Source: an uncultured Chloroflexia bacterium (GTDB lineage Bacteria > Chloroflexota > Limnocylindria > Limnocylindrales > CSP1-4). Taken from it: a stretch of DNA of 64,000 nucleotides. Below, piece after piece: positions 8,887-19,579 of this stretch. The notes under the pieces are model-generated. The model saw nothing but the letters and a program-made list of their open reading frames with translations. It made no database searches and had not been told where the DNA came from. The stretch is from assembly GCA_963776385.1 (NCBI GenBank), contig CAVZME010000009.1:134440-198439 (forward strand), given 5' to 3'. The translations under genes were made by a program, and so were the position numbers. Every line of letters starts with the position of its first letter. The first letter of the stretch is position 1.

Positions 8887-9480
8887 TCACGGACCGGCGA
8901 GGGGTCGTCTCAGAGTGGCTCGGAGCAACCCGAAGTGGGGCCATTCGTGCAGGAAGTTGGCTCCGGCGGTAGGACTCGAACCTACGACCAAGCGGTTAAC
9001 AGCCGCCCGCTCTACCACTGAGCTACGCCGGAGCGAGGACGCCGGGTCCCGGGCGAACGCCGAGGCCGCAAGCGTCATGGGCGCCGGGGAGGCGCCGCGC
9101 GACAGGATAGCACGGAGACCCGGCGCGACAGGACGCGGCCCTGGGTCAGGCCCGCCGCGCACGGCCCGGAGCTGGAACCCGGCGAAGACCTGCATGAAGC
9201 CGAGGACGACCAGCCAGATCCCGCCGATGAAGGCGAGGGTGACCGCCGAAGAGATCGGGTAGGTCAGGATGACGATCCCGGCAAGGATCCCGAGCAGGCC
9301 CATGAAGATCCGCCAGTTGCGGCCCTGCTTCTGCGAGAACGCAGCGACGAATGTCATGACCCCCTGGACCAGCCAGAAGATCCCGAGCACGAAGATGAAG
9401 ACCTCGACCGACTGGAACGGCGTCCGCAGGAGCGCGAAGCCGACGATGACCGACAGGACGCCGATGATCGCGTGGAGCAC
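8887..9480 (-). CDS. HdeD/DUF308-like membrane protein; 3-prime end doubtful (the ORF reads through the tRNA-Asn gene)
   Basis: GTG start. The first 115 aa or so form four Gly/Ile/Leu-rich helices (IIGVLSVIVGFALL, VFIFVLGIFWLVQGVMTFVAAF, IFMGLLGILAGIVILTYP, FIGGIWLVVLGFMQVFAGF), typical of DUF308. The remainder is R/P/A-rich and overlaps the tRNA. A TGA at 9146..9148 in another frame would give a normal length. Confidence 0.5.
   Translation of the reverse strand: MLHAIIGVLSVIVGFALLRTPFQSVEVFIFVLGIFWLVQGVMTFVAAFSQKQGRNWRIFMGLLGILAGIVILTYPISSAVTLAFIGGIWLVVLGFMQVFAGFQLRAVRGGPDPGPRPVAPGLRAILSRGASPAPMTLAASAFARDPASSLRRSSVVERAAVNRLVVGSSPTAGANFLHEWPHFGLLRATLRRPLAGP
8958..9032 (-). tRNA. tRNA-Asn (anticodon GTT), CCA encoded
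   Basis: The reverse complement folds as TCCGGCG TA GCTC AGTGGTA GAGC G GGCGG CTGTTAA CCGCT TGGTC GTAGG TTCGAGT CCTAC CGCCGGA G CCA. The cloverleaf is complete and the anticodon loop is CU-GUU-AA. Confidence 0.9.
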
Positions 9481-9563
9481 CCGGCTGCCCGTGTCGCCGT
9501 CACGAGTGAACGAGGTGACCTCCTCGACGATGCCGCTGACACCAGTCCGGCATACTCGGAGCG

Positions 9564-10424
9564 ATGCCTCAGCACTCGCCGATCATCTCGCCCCAGGCGC
9601 TTTTCGCGGCACTCGACCACCCCGACCTGCGGATCGTCGACGTTCGCTGGGTCCTGGGCAAGCCCGGCGGCGGCCGAATCGCCTACGACGCGGGGCACCT
9701 GCCGGGCGCCATCTTCCTCGACCTCGACTCGGACCTGGTGGCACCGAGGGGGCCGGGTCGCCATCCCCTGCCCGACCCGCGCGACTTCCGCGAGCGCCTC
9801 GAGGCGGCCGGCATCGACGCCGCGGACGAGGTGGTCGCGTATGACGATGCCGGAGGGTCGATCGCGGCGCGTTTGTGGTGGATGCTCGACGACCTCGGCC
9901 ATGAGCGGGCGGCCGTGCTTGACGGGGGGATCGGGGCGTGGGTCGCAGCCGGCTATCCGGTCACGACCGATGTTCCACCGGCGCGGTCGGCTGGCCACCT
10001 CCGCCTTCGCAAGGCCTGGCACAACGTCATCGACCGCGAGGGCGTCGCCAGCGGTCTCGGGTCCATGGTCCTGCTCGATGCCCGCGCCGCCCCGCGTTAC
10101 CGGGGAGAAGTCGAGCCGATCGACGCGGTCGCCGGACACATCCCGACCGCGACGAATGCGCCGTCGGGCGGCAACCTCGGTCTGGACGGTCGCTTGCTGG
10201 ATCCGGCCGCCCTCGCGGAGCGCTTCCACGACCTCGGCGCCGCCCGGACCGACGTCCCCGTCGTGACCTCCTGCGGTAGTGGTGTCACCGCCTGCTTCAC
10301 CAGTCTTGCGATGCGCGTCGCCGGTCTTCCCGACCCGATCCTCTACCCGGGCTCCTACTCGGACTGGACCCAGACCGGTCTCGACATCGCGACCGGCCCC
10401 GAACCCGGCGATCCGCCCGCGTAG
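9564..10424 (+). CDS. sseA: Thiosulfate/3-mercaptopyruvate sulfurtransferase (tandem rhodanese domains)
   Basis: 286 aa. It has an N-terminal rhodanese region (RIVDVRW..GHLPGAIFLD) and a C-terminal catalytic loop VVTSCGSGVTAC followed by YPGSYSDW. Confidence 0.9.
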   Translation: MPQHSPIISPQALFAALDHPDLRIVDVRWVLGKPGGGRIAYDAGHLPGAIFLDLDSDLVAPRGPGRHPLPDPRDFRERLEAAGIDAADEVVAYDDAGGSIAARLWWMLDDLGHERAAVLDGGIGAWVAAGYPVTTDVPPARSAGHLRLRKAWHNVIDREGVASGLGSMVLLDARAAPRYRGEVEPIDAVAGHIPTATNAPSGGNLGLDGRLLDPAALAERFHDLGAARTDVPVVTSCGSGVTACFTSLAMRVAGLPDPILYPGSYSDWTQTGLDIATGPEPGDPPA

Positions 10425-10540
10425 ACCGGAAACGAACGGCGATAGAGGGCCGTTCGCCTCTACCGGATCCGCTGCCACCGGCGTGTGATGGTGGCGATCC
10501 GGATCATCGGGCGGAACGTGGGGCCCACTCGCGGATCCCG

Positions 10541-11005
10541 ATGCAGATCGGAGCGGTTCAGGTGGACGCGACGCAGGCACCGGCGTACCCCGCGATCGGA
10601 GTAGCCGCCAAGGGGATCATCCGGCGAGATGACGGTGCCGTCCTGATCATCCGGCGATCGCCGAACGCGAAGACCGACCCGGGCGCCTGGGACCTCCCGG
10701 GAGGAAAGATGGAGCGCGGCGAGCGTCTTATCGATGCCCTTGCGCGCGAGGTCCGCGAGGAAACGGGGCTGACGATCCACGGAGCCCGCGCCTTCCACGT
10801 CGCGCATTTCGAGAAGGGACCCGCCTGGGTCACCAGCGTGACCTTCCTGTGCGCTTCGTTCGAGGGCGAGGTGCGGCTCAGCCATGAGCACGTCGAGTAC
10901 GCCTGGGTCCAGCCGCCGGACCTCCCGTGCCGGACGTACTCCCGGGCGATCCGGGAGCAGGTCGAGGCGTTCGTGGCCCTCGCCGATGGAGAGACGGCTG
11001 GCTGA
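10541..11005 (+). CDS. NUDIX hydrolase
   Basis: Canonical Nudix box GGKMERGERLIDALAREVREETGL (Gx5Ex7REUxEExGU). Confidence 0.85.
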   Translation: MQIGAVQVDATQAPAYPAIGVAAKGIIRRDDGAVLIIRRSPNAKTDPGAWDLPGGKMERGERLIDALAREVREETGLTIHGARAFHVAHFEKGPAWVTSVTFLCASFEGEVRLSHEHVEYAWVQPPDLPCRTYSRAIREQVEAFVALADGETAG

Positions 11006-11148
11006 CCCGAACCCAGACTGGAGTCGACAGGCGCGATCGGCGACCGCTCAGGGTCGAATGGCTCGTTCGTGCCGAGACGTCCGCCGTGAATCGGCGAGGT
11101 CCCGGGGCGCGGCCGGGACCTCCGGGTTCGACGCCTCTCGGCGATCGT

Positions 11149-11460
11149 TCAGGCGGGCTGCGGGACCGTCGCCATGGCGAGGTCCCTGAATGTCTCGGTG
11201 GCGTCGCGGAACTGGCGTTCGACGGTGCGCTCGATGAGCAGCCTATCGAAGACAGCCGTCAGCTTGCCGGGCGCCTGATAGTCGTAGGTCAGGTCGGTGC
11301 TGGTGCCCGCCCCCACTGGAGTGAAGGTCGTCCGCCACTTCCAGGTCCCGCCAAGCGAGGTCGTGCCTTCCGTCCGGGCGGCCGGAGCATGGGCCGCGTG
11401 TCGGAGCCTCGCGCGTACTCGGGCAGTGTGTGCCGACACGCCAGCTGTGCCGAGAGGCAT
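11149..11460 (-). CDS. SRPBCC (START/polyketide cyclase-like) family protein, probably N-terminally disrupted
   Basis: The C-terminal [59 protein letters not shown] resembles the SRPBCC beta-sheet plus terminal helix. The N-terminal 40 aa of the ORF look non-coding. Confidence 0.4.
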   Translation of the reverse strand: MPLGTAGVSAHTARVRARLRHAAHAPAARTEGTTSLGGTWKWRTTFTPVGAGTSTDLTYDYQAPGKLTAVFDRLLIERTVERQFRDATETFRDLAMATVPQPA

Positions 11461-11587
11461 CGGTCACAAAGTGCCACCGAGCGCCCCTCGGTGACCGCGG
11501 TCAACGCGGCCACAGATCTCGAAGAACGGCGCAGGTGGTCCCGACTACGCTCGGGAGGCGGCCGGCGGCGAGTCACGCCGCCGCTCC

Positions 11588-13321
<1,734 letters not shown>

Positions 13322-13324
13322 GGG

Positions 13325-15251
13325 TTACCTCCGGTGGCTGGCGAGCAGCCGGGTCTGGTCTCGGCGCCGGTCGAGTGACAGGCGCGCTTCGTTGATCTGA
13401 CGTCGTTCGAGCATCAGCCGGCTGATCGCATCGCGGTCACCGGCACGTTCGGCCTCCCCCTGGGCGGCCTCGTTGTAGTCGCTGCGGTCGCGCAGCTGGT
13501 CGTCCTCGAGCTCGAGGAGGAGACGAGTGATCTCGTAGTCGAGATGCGCCGGATCCAGCCCGCGTGCATCCGGCCCTGACTTGGCATACAACGCTCGAGC
13601 GAGCGCCGCCGTTTCATCGTCGAGCGCAAGCAGCAGCGCCGCCGCGTCGAATGGTGGGTGGACGCCCTGGTCGTTCGGGGCGCGCTGCAGGACGATCGCT
13701 CGGAAGAGCTCGCGCGCGACGGTGCTCGGTAGTTGATCCGGCCCGAGCTCGTCGACCACCCGCAGCTGCTCGTCCGGAACGAGCAGGAGCAGGCGGAGGA
13801 GCTCCGACTCGACCGGTGTGATCGCCCGCAGGATGTCGTGGATCGGCAGGGCGTCGGGCGACGACAGGACGCTGTCGGCGGTGATCCGCGTCTGCGACCG
13901 GTCGATCGGGTTGCGCGCCGGTCGTTCGAGCACCTGGCGCAGGACACGGTCCTCCACCCCGGAAGCCAGGCGGACCTGACCCAGCGCCTCGTCGCGTCGC
14001 AATGGGTCGGCGACCTCACGGATGGCCGGGATGACGGCCTCGACGAAGCCGATCCGGCCAGAACTCGTCTTGAGGTCGTAGCGGCCGATGTGGTGGTCGA
14101 TGAGGTATTCGAGGAGCGGCTTCGCCTTGGCGATCGCTGCTTCCCAGGCGGCCGGCGACTCGCGCACGACGTCATCGGGGTCCTTGCCCTCGGGCAGTCG
14201 AGCGACCCGGACGTCCTCGAGCTTCACCCCGGACGTATCCCGCTGGAGCTCGCCGATGAGGCCGACGAGGGCATTCATCCCGGCGCCGCCGGCCTTCTCG
14301 CCTGCGGCGTCGACGTCGTAGGCGAGCACGATCCGGGTCGCATACCGGGTGAGCAGTGCCACCTGGCCGGGCGTCAGGGCCGTGCCGAGGCTGGCCACGA
14401 CGGTGTCGAAGCCGGCCTGGTGCGCCATCAGGGCGTCCGTGTAGCCCTCGACGATGACGGCCTGACCGGCCTTGCGGATGGGACCCTTGGCCTTGTCGAT
14501 GAGGTAGAGCGTCCGGCTCTTGTCGAACAGCGGCGTCGCCGGCGAGTTGAGGTACTTCGGGCCCATCGCCCTCGAGCAGGCGCCCGCCGAGGCCGACGGC
14601 GTGACCGTTCTGGTCGCGGATCGGGAACATCACCCGGGCCCGGAACTTGTCGTAGACGCCGCCCCGACCCGACTGACGCGGTGAGGCGAGGCCGACCTCG
14701 ACGAGTTCCTCGGGCCGGATGTCCCGCTTCGTCCCGAGTGTCCGGGTCATCTGGTCCCAGCCGGCCGGTGCCCAGCCGAGTTGATAGGTCTCGATCGACT
14801 CGTCGGTGAAGCCACGGCCGTGGAGATAGTCCATGGCCGGCTTGCCCGTGTTCGAACCGGTCAGCACCGCGTGGTAGAAGGCGATCGCGCTGTCGAGCAC
14901 GCTGCGAAGCCGTGCCTTGTGGGCGTCCTCGCGCTGCGTCCGCTCGTCGATCTCGACGCCGGCGCGCTGGGCGAGGGTGCGCAGCGCCTCCGGGAACGTG
15001 ACGCTGTCGCGCTGCATGACGAAGCTGAAGATGTCGCCTCCAAGTCCGCACCCGAAGCAGTGCCACGTTTCGCGCTGCGGGGTGACGACGAACGACGGTG
15101 TCTTCTCGCCGTGGAAGGGGCAGAGGCCCTTGTAGGTGGTGCCTGCCTTCTTCAGGCTCACGGTCTCGCCGACGACCTCGACGACCGAGAGCTTGTTCTT
15201 CACTTCGGCTGCGACACCGACCGCCAAACGGCGCCTCCTGGTGCTGGACAT
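13325..15251 (-). CDS. dnaG: DNA primase DnaG (one frame change as sequenced, near 14559..14566)
   Basis: The N-terminal zinc finger is CPFHGEKTPSF..WHCFGCGLGGD (ORF 14172..15278). The TOPRIM part is GPKYLNSPATPLFDKSRTLY..VIVEGYTDALMAH (ORF 13325..14566). Removing one base from the GGG/CCC run in gagggcgatgggcccgaag restores LEGDGPKYLNSP. Confidence 0.9.
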
Positions 15252-15262
15252 GACTGTGGGCC

Positions 15263-15277
15263 TGTCAAGTCTTGACA
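15263..15277. promoter_or_regulatory. Palindrome TGTCAAG-T-CTTGACA just upstream of the dnaG start, followed by two direct CTTTGTCAA copies (15314..15334)
   Basis: Read directly from the sequence in the dnaG/hydrolase divergent intergenic region. The TTGACA core may also be a -35 element. Confidence 0.3.
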
Positions 15278-15443
15278 AGCCCTCTGGCCATCAGTATCCG
15301 CCTTTGGTCCCTCCTTTGTCAACCCCTTTGTCAATACTGTCCAGGAGTATCGCGAGCAGCCGCGACGCGCCCTCGTGGGTCCTACACTCGCGCCAGCCAG
15401 TCCCACGCAAACCAGCTTGTGCGATCCGTGCGGGAGGGATCAG

Positions 15444-16259
15444 ATGGAGTGTCGGCTCGCCCGGATCACGGTCCACTACGAGTCGTTCGGCACAGGCCGA
15501 CCGCTCGTCGTCCTGCCCGGTTGGCCGGACGACTGGAGCGTCCCTGCCGACTACCTCGAGCCTGTGTTCGGCGCCGATCGTGGGTGGCGGCGGATCTACC
15601 TCGACCTACCCGGTCGCGGGCGGACGAGAGGCGAACCATGGATCAAGACGAATGACCAGGTCCTCGACATCGTCCTCGACGTCATCGAGACGGTCATCCC
15701 GGGCGAACGCTTCGTCGTCGCTGGTCACTCGGCCGGCGGCTATCTCGCCCGCGCCGTCCTCAACCACCGGATGGACCTGGTCGACGGACTCCTCCAGGTC
15801 GTCCCGGTGATCGATCCGGACGACGAGGACGTGCCCGAACCAACGACCCTGGTCGCGGACCATCAGTTGATCGAGCTGATCGCGGCTGAGGTCGATCGAG
15901 CGACAGCAGCACGGCTCGCACGGGTCATGGTCGTCCAGTCGGCCACCGTGTACGAACGCGTGAAGGCACTTCTGCCCGGGATGCTCGGCCATGACACCGA
16001 ATTCCTTGCGAGGCTGACGGAACGACTGTCGTTCGACGTCGATCAGCTCCCGGCTCCATTCGGGCGACCCGCGCTGTTCGTGCTCGGCAGGCAGGACTCC
16101 GTCGTCGGCTATCGAGCCGCCCTGGGTCTGACGGACGCCTATCCCCGAGCGACCATGGCCGTTCTCGATCGGGCAGGCCATGGACTCCCGTGGGAGCAGG
16201 AGGACCTGTTCCGGGCACTTGTCGACGAGTGGCTGGGGCGGGTCGAAGACGAGGCGTGA
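15444..16259 (+). CDS. Alpha/beta-fold hydrolase
   Basis: GGGAGGGA RBS before the ATG at 15444. The nucleophile elbow is VVAGHSAGGYLA. The overall length and pattern (GRPLVVLPGW...DRAGHGLPWEQ) fit the family. Confidence 0.8.
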   Translation: MECRLARITVHYESFGTGRPLVVLPGWPDDWSVPADYLEPVFGADRGWRRIYLDLPGRGRTRGEPWIKTNDQVLDIVLDVIETVIPGERFVVAGHSAGGYLARAVLNHRMDLVDGLLQVVPVIDPDDEDVPEPTTLVADHQLIELIAAEVDRATAARLARVMVVQSATVYERVKALLPGMLGHDTEFLARLTERLSFDVDQLPAPFGRPALFVLGRQDSVVGYRAALGLTDAYPRATMAVLDRAGHGLPWEQEDLFRALVDEWLGRVEDEA

Positions 16260-16424
16260 TCGTCTGGATCGCCCCTCACCGGCCCGGGTCTATCGGCCCC
16301 CGGCGCGGGTGCGCAGTGGCGGACATAAGGGCCCACTGGCAGGTGGTCGCGAGCGCCCATCTCCCCGACGCTGAGTCCAGCCAAGAACAACTGGCAAATC
16401 GGAATCGGAAGGGACAGGCACACC

Positions 16425-17120
16425 ATGAACGGTCGACTCAAGGTCGTTGGCGTCATCGTCGCAGTCTTCGGACTCGCGTTCCTCGCGGGCGGCGGCTACG
16501 CCTACTACAAGGTCAACCAGGGCACGCAGGCCCTGCAGGCGTTCAGCGCCGCGCAGAACGTCAAGCTCACCTACAACGCGGACGGGCAGCTTGCCGACGC
16601 CAAGGGCGATACCACCGAGGCCGTCGCGATCATGGGCATGCTGACCAATGACTGGGGCTACTCGGTCGACAAGGGTGAACTCAACCCGAACGATCCGCTG
16701 GTCAACACCACCAGCGAGTACATGTACCAGATGGCCACCATCGCCTACCACACCCTGCACGCGGCCACGACCGTCGTTCTCGACAAGGACGTCACGGCAG
16801 GCGACGGCACGATCTACAAGGCCGGCAGCTACGAATTCCAGAACGACGGCCGCTATTGGACCGGTTTCGACCGCACCAACCCGATCGAGGCCGCTGCTCG
16901 CGGACAGATCTGGACCCCGACCGCACACGCCCTGATCGGCGAGCTCGGTGTCGGTAGCGCCACCGCCTCCGCCCTCCAGCTCGGACTCGGCATGGCCGCG
17001 ATCCTCGGCGGCGTCGGGTTCATGTTCCTCATCACCGGCCTCGGCCTGGTGTGGGTCGCACGAGCCACGACGGAAACCGTCAAGGCTCCGGTCCTCCGCC
17101 CGGCGACCACGACCGCGTAA
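16425..17120 (+). CDS. Hypothetical membrane-anchored protein (N- and C-terminal TM helices)
   Basis: 231 aa with normal composition. It has an N-terminal TM helix (VVGVIVAVFGLAFLAGGGYAYY) and a C-terminal TM helix (GMAAILGGVGFMFLITGLGLVWV). A hairpin terminator follows. Confidence 0.7.
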   Translation: MNGRLKVVGVIVAVFGLAFLAGGGYAYYKVNQGTQALQAFSAAQNVKLTYNADGQLADAKGDTTEAVAIMGMLTNDWGYSVDKGELNPNDPLVNTTSEYMYQMATIAYHTLHAATTVVLDKDVTAGDGTIYKAGSYEFQNDGRYWTGFDRTNPIEAAARGQIWTPTAHALIGELGVGSATASALQLGLGMAAILGGVGFMFLITGLGLVWVARATTETVKAPVLRPATTTA

Positions 17121-17159
17121 TCACCCTCCGGGTCCCCCAGCCCGGATCCCAACCAACAC

Positions 17160-17189
17160 GGCGAGGGCTCTCGAAGCCCTCGCCGTTTT
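17160..17189 (+). terminator. Rho-independent terminator
   Basis: GGCGAGGGC-tctcgaa-GCCCTCGCC followed by GTTTT, 40 nt after the stop of 16425..17120. Confidence 0.6.
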
Positions 17190-17368
17190 GGCACGCCCCG
17201 TGCGTGCAGGCCCGATGCTCCCGTAGACCGCGAGGATTCCGACAGAAGGCCCCGATGGCACTTGACGACGAAGCGCGGGCACCCGAAAGTCGGTCCGAGG
17301 TCGCCGACGAGCGGTCGGGGCCGAGCGTCCCGGAGGTCACTGCGAGCAGATACCGCCGGAGGTGACTC

Positions 17369-18772
17369 ATGACCGCGGCGACGCCGACCGGCCTGGCAGG
17401 CGAGGAGCGGGTGCGCTCCACCGGGGTCGAGGAACCGGGAGACACGTCGCGCACGACGGTCCGCCTGCCGTGGCGCGAGGTCTTCATGATCTCGATCTAC
17501 TGGTTCGGGATCCAGGCGATCTGGGGCGGCTACGAGACCTACGGCCAGGAGCAGGTCAAATGGATGGTCGGGGACGCCGGGAAGGGCCTGACCATCGGCG
17601 TGATCGAGAGCCTCGGCGCGATGATCGCGCTCGTGGTCCAGCCGACCGCCGGTGTCATCAGCGACTACACCGCGACGCGGTGGGGCCGCCGCAAGGCCTA
17701 CATCCTCACCGGCGCCACGATGGATCTCATCTTCCTGGCCGGGCTCGCCCTCGTCGCGCTCCCGAACCCCGGCGTCACCTGGGATCGGAACGGGCTGGCG
17801 AGCGCCCAGATCGTGGCCGCGTACATCGCCTTCTACCTGCTGCTCCAGTTCAGCTCCAACCTGGCGCAGGGCCCGTTCCAGGGCTACATGCCGGACCTCG
17901 TGCCCGAACCCCAGGTCGGCGCAGCAAGCGCCATGATCGGGGTCATGAAGCCGATGGGTCTCATCGGCGGCGGGCTCATCATGGCGGTGCTCGGGATCAT
18001 GTTCGGGCAGTGGGGGCTCGCGCTCATCGTCATCGGACTGATCGAGCTGACCCTTGCCGTCCTCACGTTCCGGTTCGTGCGGGATGGACCGCCCGGACGG
18101 CCGCGCCACGGCCGCTCGTGGTCGTCGGTCGCGACCGAGGCATGGGGCCTGGACGTGATCCGCGAGCGTTCCTTCCTGCTGATGTCGACGGTCCGGTTCC
18201 TGTTCCTCATGGGCACCGGCATCTTCTTCAACGTCCAGCTCTACTACCTGGAGTCTTCGCTCGGCATCCTCGCCGAGCACCGCGCGACGTGGGTGATCGC
18301 CGGCAATGTCACCGGGGTCGTCGCCGCGATCTTCGCGGCCGTCATCGCGGCCCGCATCTCCGATCGGACGGGCCGCAAGCCGGTGATCTGGGCGGCGGTG
18401 GCCATCGCCGCCGTCGGCATCGCGGTCATCGCCGTCGCTGGGACCGTCCAGATCGCCCTGTTCGGGATCGTCCTGATGGGGTTCGGGTCGGGCGCCTACC
18501 TGGCCGTCGACTGGGCGCTGATGACCGAGGTCATCCCCCTCGTGTCCACGGGCCGGTACATGGGCCTCGCGAACATCGCCAACTCCCTCGCCACGCCGGT
18601 CGGGCTGGTCTTCGCCGGCCTCACCATCGACTACTTCACGCGCAGCGGCGACGCGGCGATGGGTCCACGGGTCGGGATCGTCCTCGGCGTCGGATTCCTG
18701 GCTGCCGCTGCGATCGCCCTCATCGGCGTCCACCCGCGACGTGACCCACGCGGTGATCCGGTCGCTGCCTGA
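17369..18772 (+). CDS. MFS transporter
   Basis: 467 aa, intact, with about 12 hydrophobic helices. GGAGGTG RBS. The loop motif SDYTATRWGRRKAYIL is MFS-like (D-R-x-G-R-R type). Confidence 0.85.
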   Translation: MTAATPTGLAGEERVRSTGVEEPGDTSRTTVRLPWREVFMISIYWFGIQAIWGGYETYGQEQVKWMVGDAGKGLTIGVIESLGAMIALVVQPTAGVISDYTATRWGRRKAYILTGATMDLIFLAGLALVALPNPGVTWDRNGLASAQIVAAYIAFYLLLQFSSNLAQGPFQGYMPDLVPEPQVGAASAMIGVMKPMGLIGGGLIMAVLGIMFGQWGLALIVIGLIELTLAVLTFRFVRDGPPGRPRHGRSWSSVATEAWGLDVIRERSFLLMSTVRFLFLMGTGIFFNVQLYYLESSLGILAEHRATWVIAGNVTGVVAAIFAAVIAARISDRTGRKPVIWAAVAIAAVGIAVIAVAGTVQIALFGIVLMGFGSGAYLAVDWALMTEVIPLVSTGRYMGLANIANSLATPVGLVFAGLTIDYFTRSGDAAMGPRVGIVLGVGFLAAAAIALIGVHPRRDPRGDPVAA

Positions 18773-18778
18773 CTGCGT

Positions 18779-19579
18779 TCAGGCCGCCAGATCCCGGCGA
18801 CGGAAGAGCCCGACCGCGATGAGCCATCCGCCGAGTGCCGCGACCAGGAACAGGAGCGATGCCCCCACCGGGTAGGTCCCCTCGTCGATGATCGGCTTGA
18901 GGTCGAAGTAGTGGAAGACCGACAACCGCGCGACGTCCTTGACGTCGGCGGAGAGCTGCGCGATGACGTTCATCAGGTACATCGCGATGAGGACCGCCGC
19001 CGCGATGCCGCCCGCCCGACCACGATCGAGGAAGACGACCGCGAGCGCCGTCGTCACGCCGGCGATGGCGAGTGCCATGGCGTACGCGTGGACGCCCGAA
19101 AGGACGAGGCGTGGCGTGTCGAAATCGGGCTCGATGAACAGGTCGACGACCACGACCGACCCGATGGTCAGCACTGTCAGGACCGCAAGGCTGATGAGCT
19201 GTGCGGCGATGACTGCACCGAGATAGCGGACGCGTGGCAGCCGACTCGACAAGGGCAGGTCGAGGAAGCCGGACTCGGCGTCGGCGGCCACGCGCGTCGC
19301 GCACAGGATCGCGACGATGGCGGCGACCAGCGGCCACAGGAATTGGAAGATGTACGAGTTGAGGAATGTGCCCGGGTCGCCGAGGCTCCCGCCCGAGATC
19401 CCGAAGGCCGCCATGAGCTCTTTCGGGTATGCGGACAGCAGACTCTCGAACGCCGCCGCGTTGGCGAGGATGGTCGGGTAGAACGCGGTGATGATGCCCG
19501 CGTAACCCATCGAGACGAGCGCGACCCACACGACGAGCGAACGACTGCGACGGAGCTCGAGGCGCAGGGCGGTGATCAT
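18779..19579 (-). CDS. ABC-2 type transporter permease
   Basis: 266 aa, six TM helices. The start overlaps the stop of the upstream ATPase gene (ATGA at 19576..19579). Confidence 0.8.
   Translation of the reverse strand: MITALRLELRRSRSLVVWVALVSMGYAGIITAFYPTILANAAAFESLLSAYPKELMAAFGISGGSLGDPGTFLNSYIFQFLWPLVAAIVAILCATRVAADAESGFLDLPLSSRLPRVRYLGAVIAAQLISLAVLTVLTIGSVVVVDLFIEPDFDTPRLVLSGVHAYAMALAIAGVTTALAVVFLDRGRAGGIAAAVLIAMYLMNVIAQLSADVKDVARLSVFHYFDLKPIIDEGTYPVGASLLFLVAALGGWLIAVGLFRRRDLAA

Larger units (their letters stand above)
3359..9032. mobile_element. Degraded tRNA-Asn-associated integrative island (about 5.6 kb)
   Basis: Intact tRNA-Asn at 8958..9032. An integrase pseudogene lies directly beside its 3-prime end. 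A direct repeat of the tRNA 3-prime half lies at 3359..3395. An SSB stub and several orphan secreted or membrane genes lie in between. Confidence 0.5.

Noticed and set aside
14555-14570. Programmed ribosomal frameshift in dnaG.
   Set aside because: There is no slippery heptamer or downstream structure. A single extra base in a G/C run restores the conserved LEGDGPKYLNSP junction. Dozens of similar events elsewhere in the window argue for indel error or recent mutation.
16853-18733. 626-aa minus-strand ORF. Similar very long ORFs are 36614..38791 (-), 9354..10580 (-), 58349..59902 (-), 52171..53682 (-), 32991..34478 (-), 30065..31312 (-), 54696..56942 (+), 61832..63049 (+), 11627..12688 (+) and 13733..14809 (+).
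   Set aside because: All are antisense to genes with clear domain signatures (MFS, cytochrome, sulfurtransferase, kinase, glpK, vWA, Kelch, rpoD, dnaG). Their translations are monotonous R/G/D/P/H-rich strings with no motifs. Stop-poor antisense frames are expected at this GC content.
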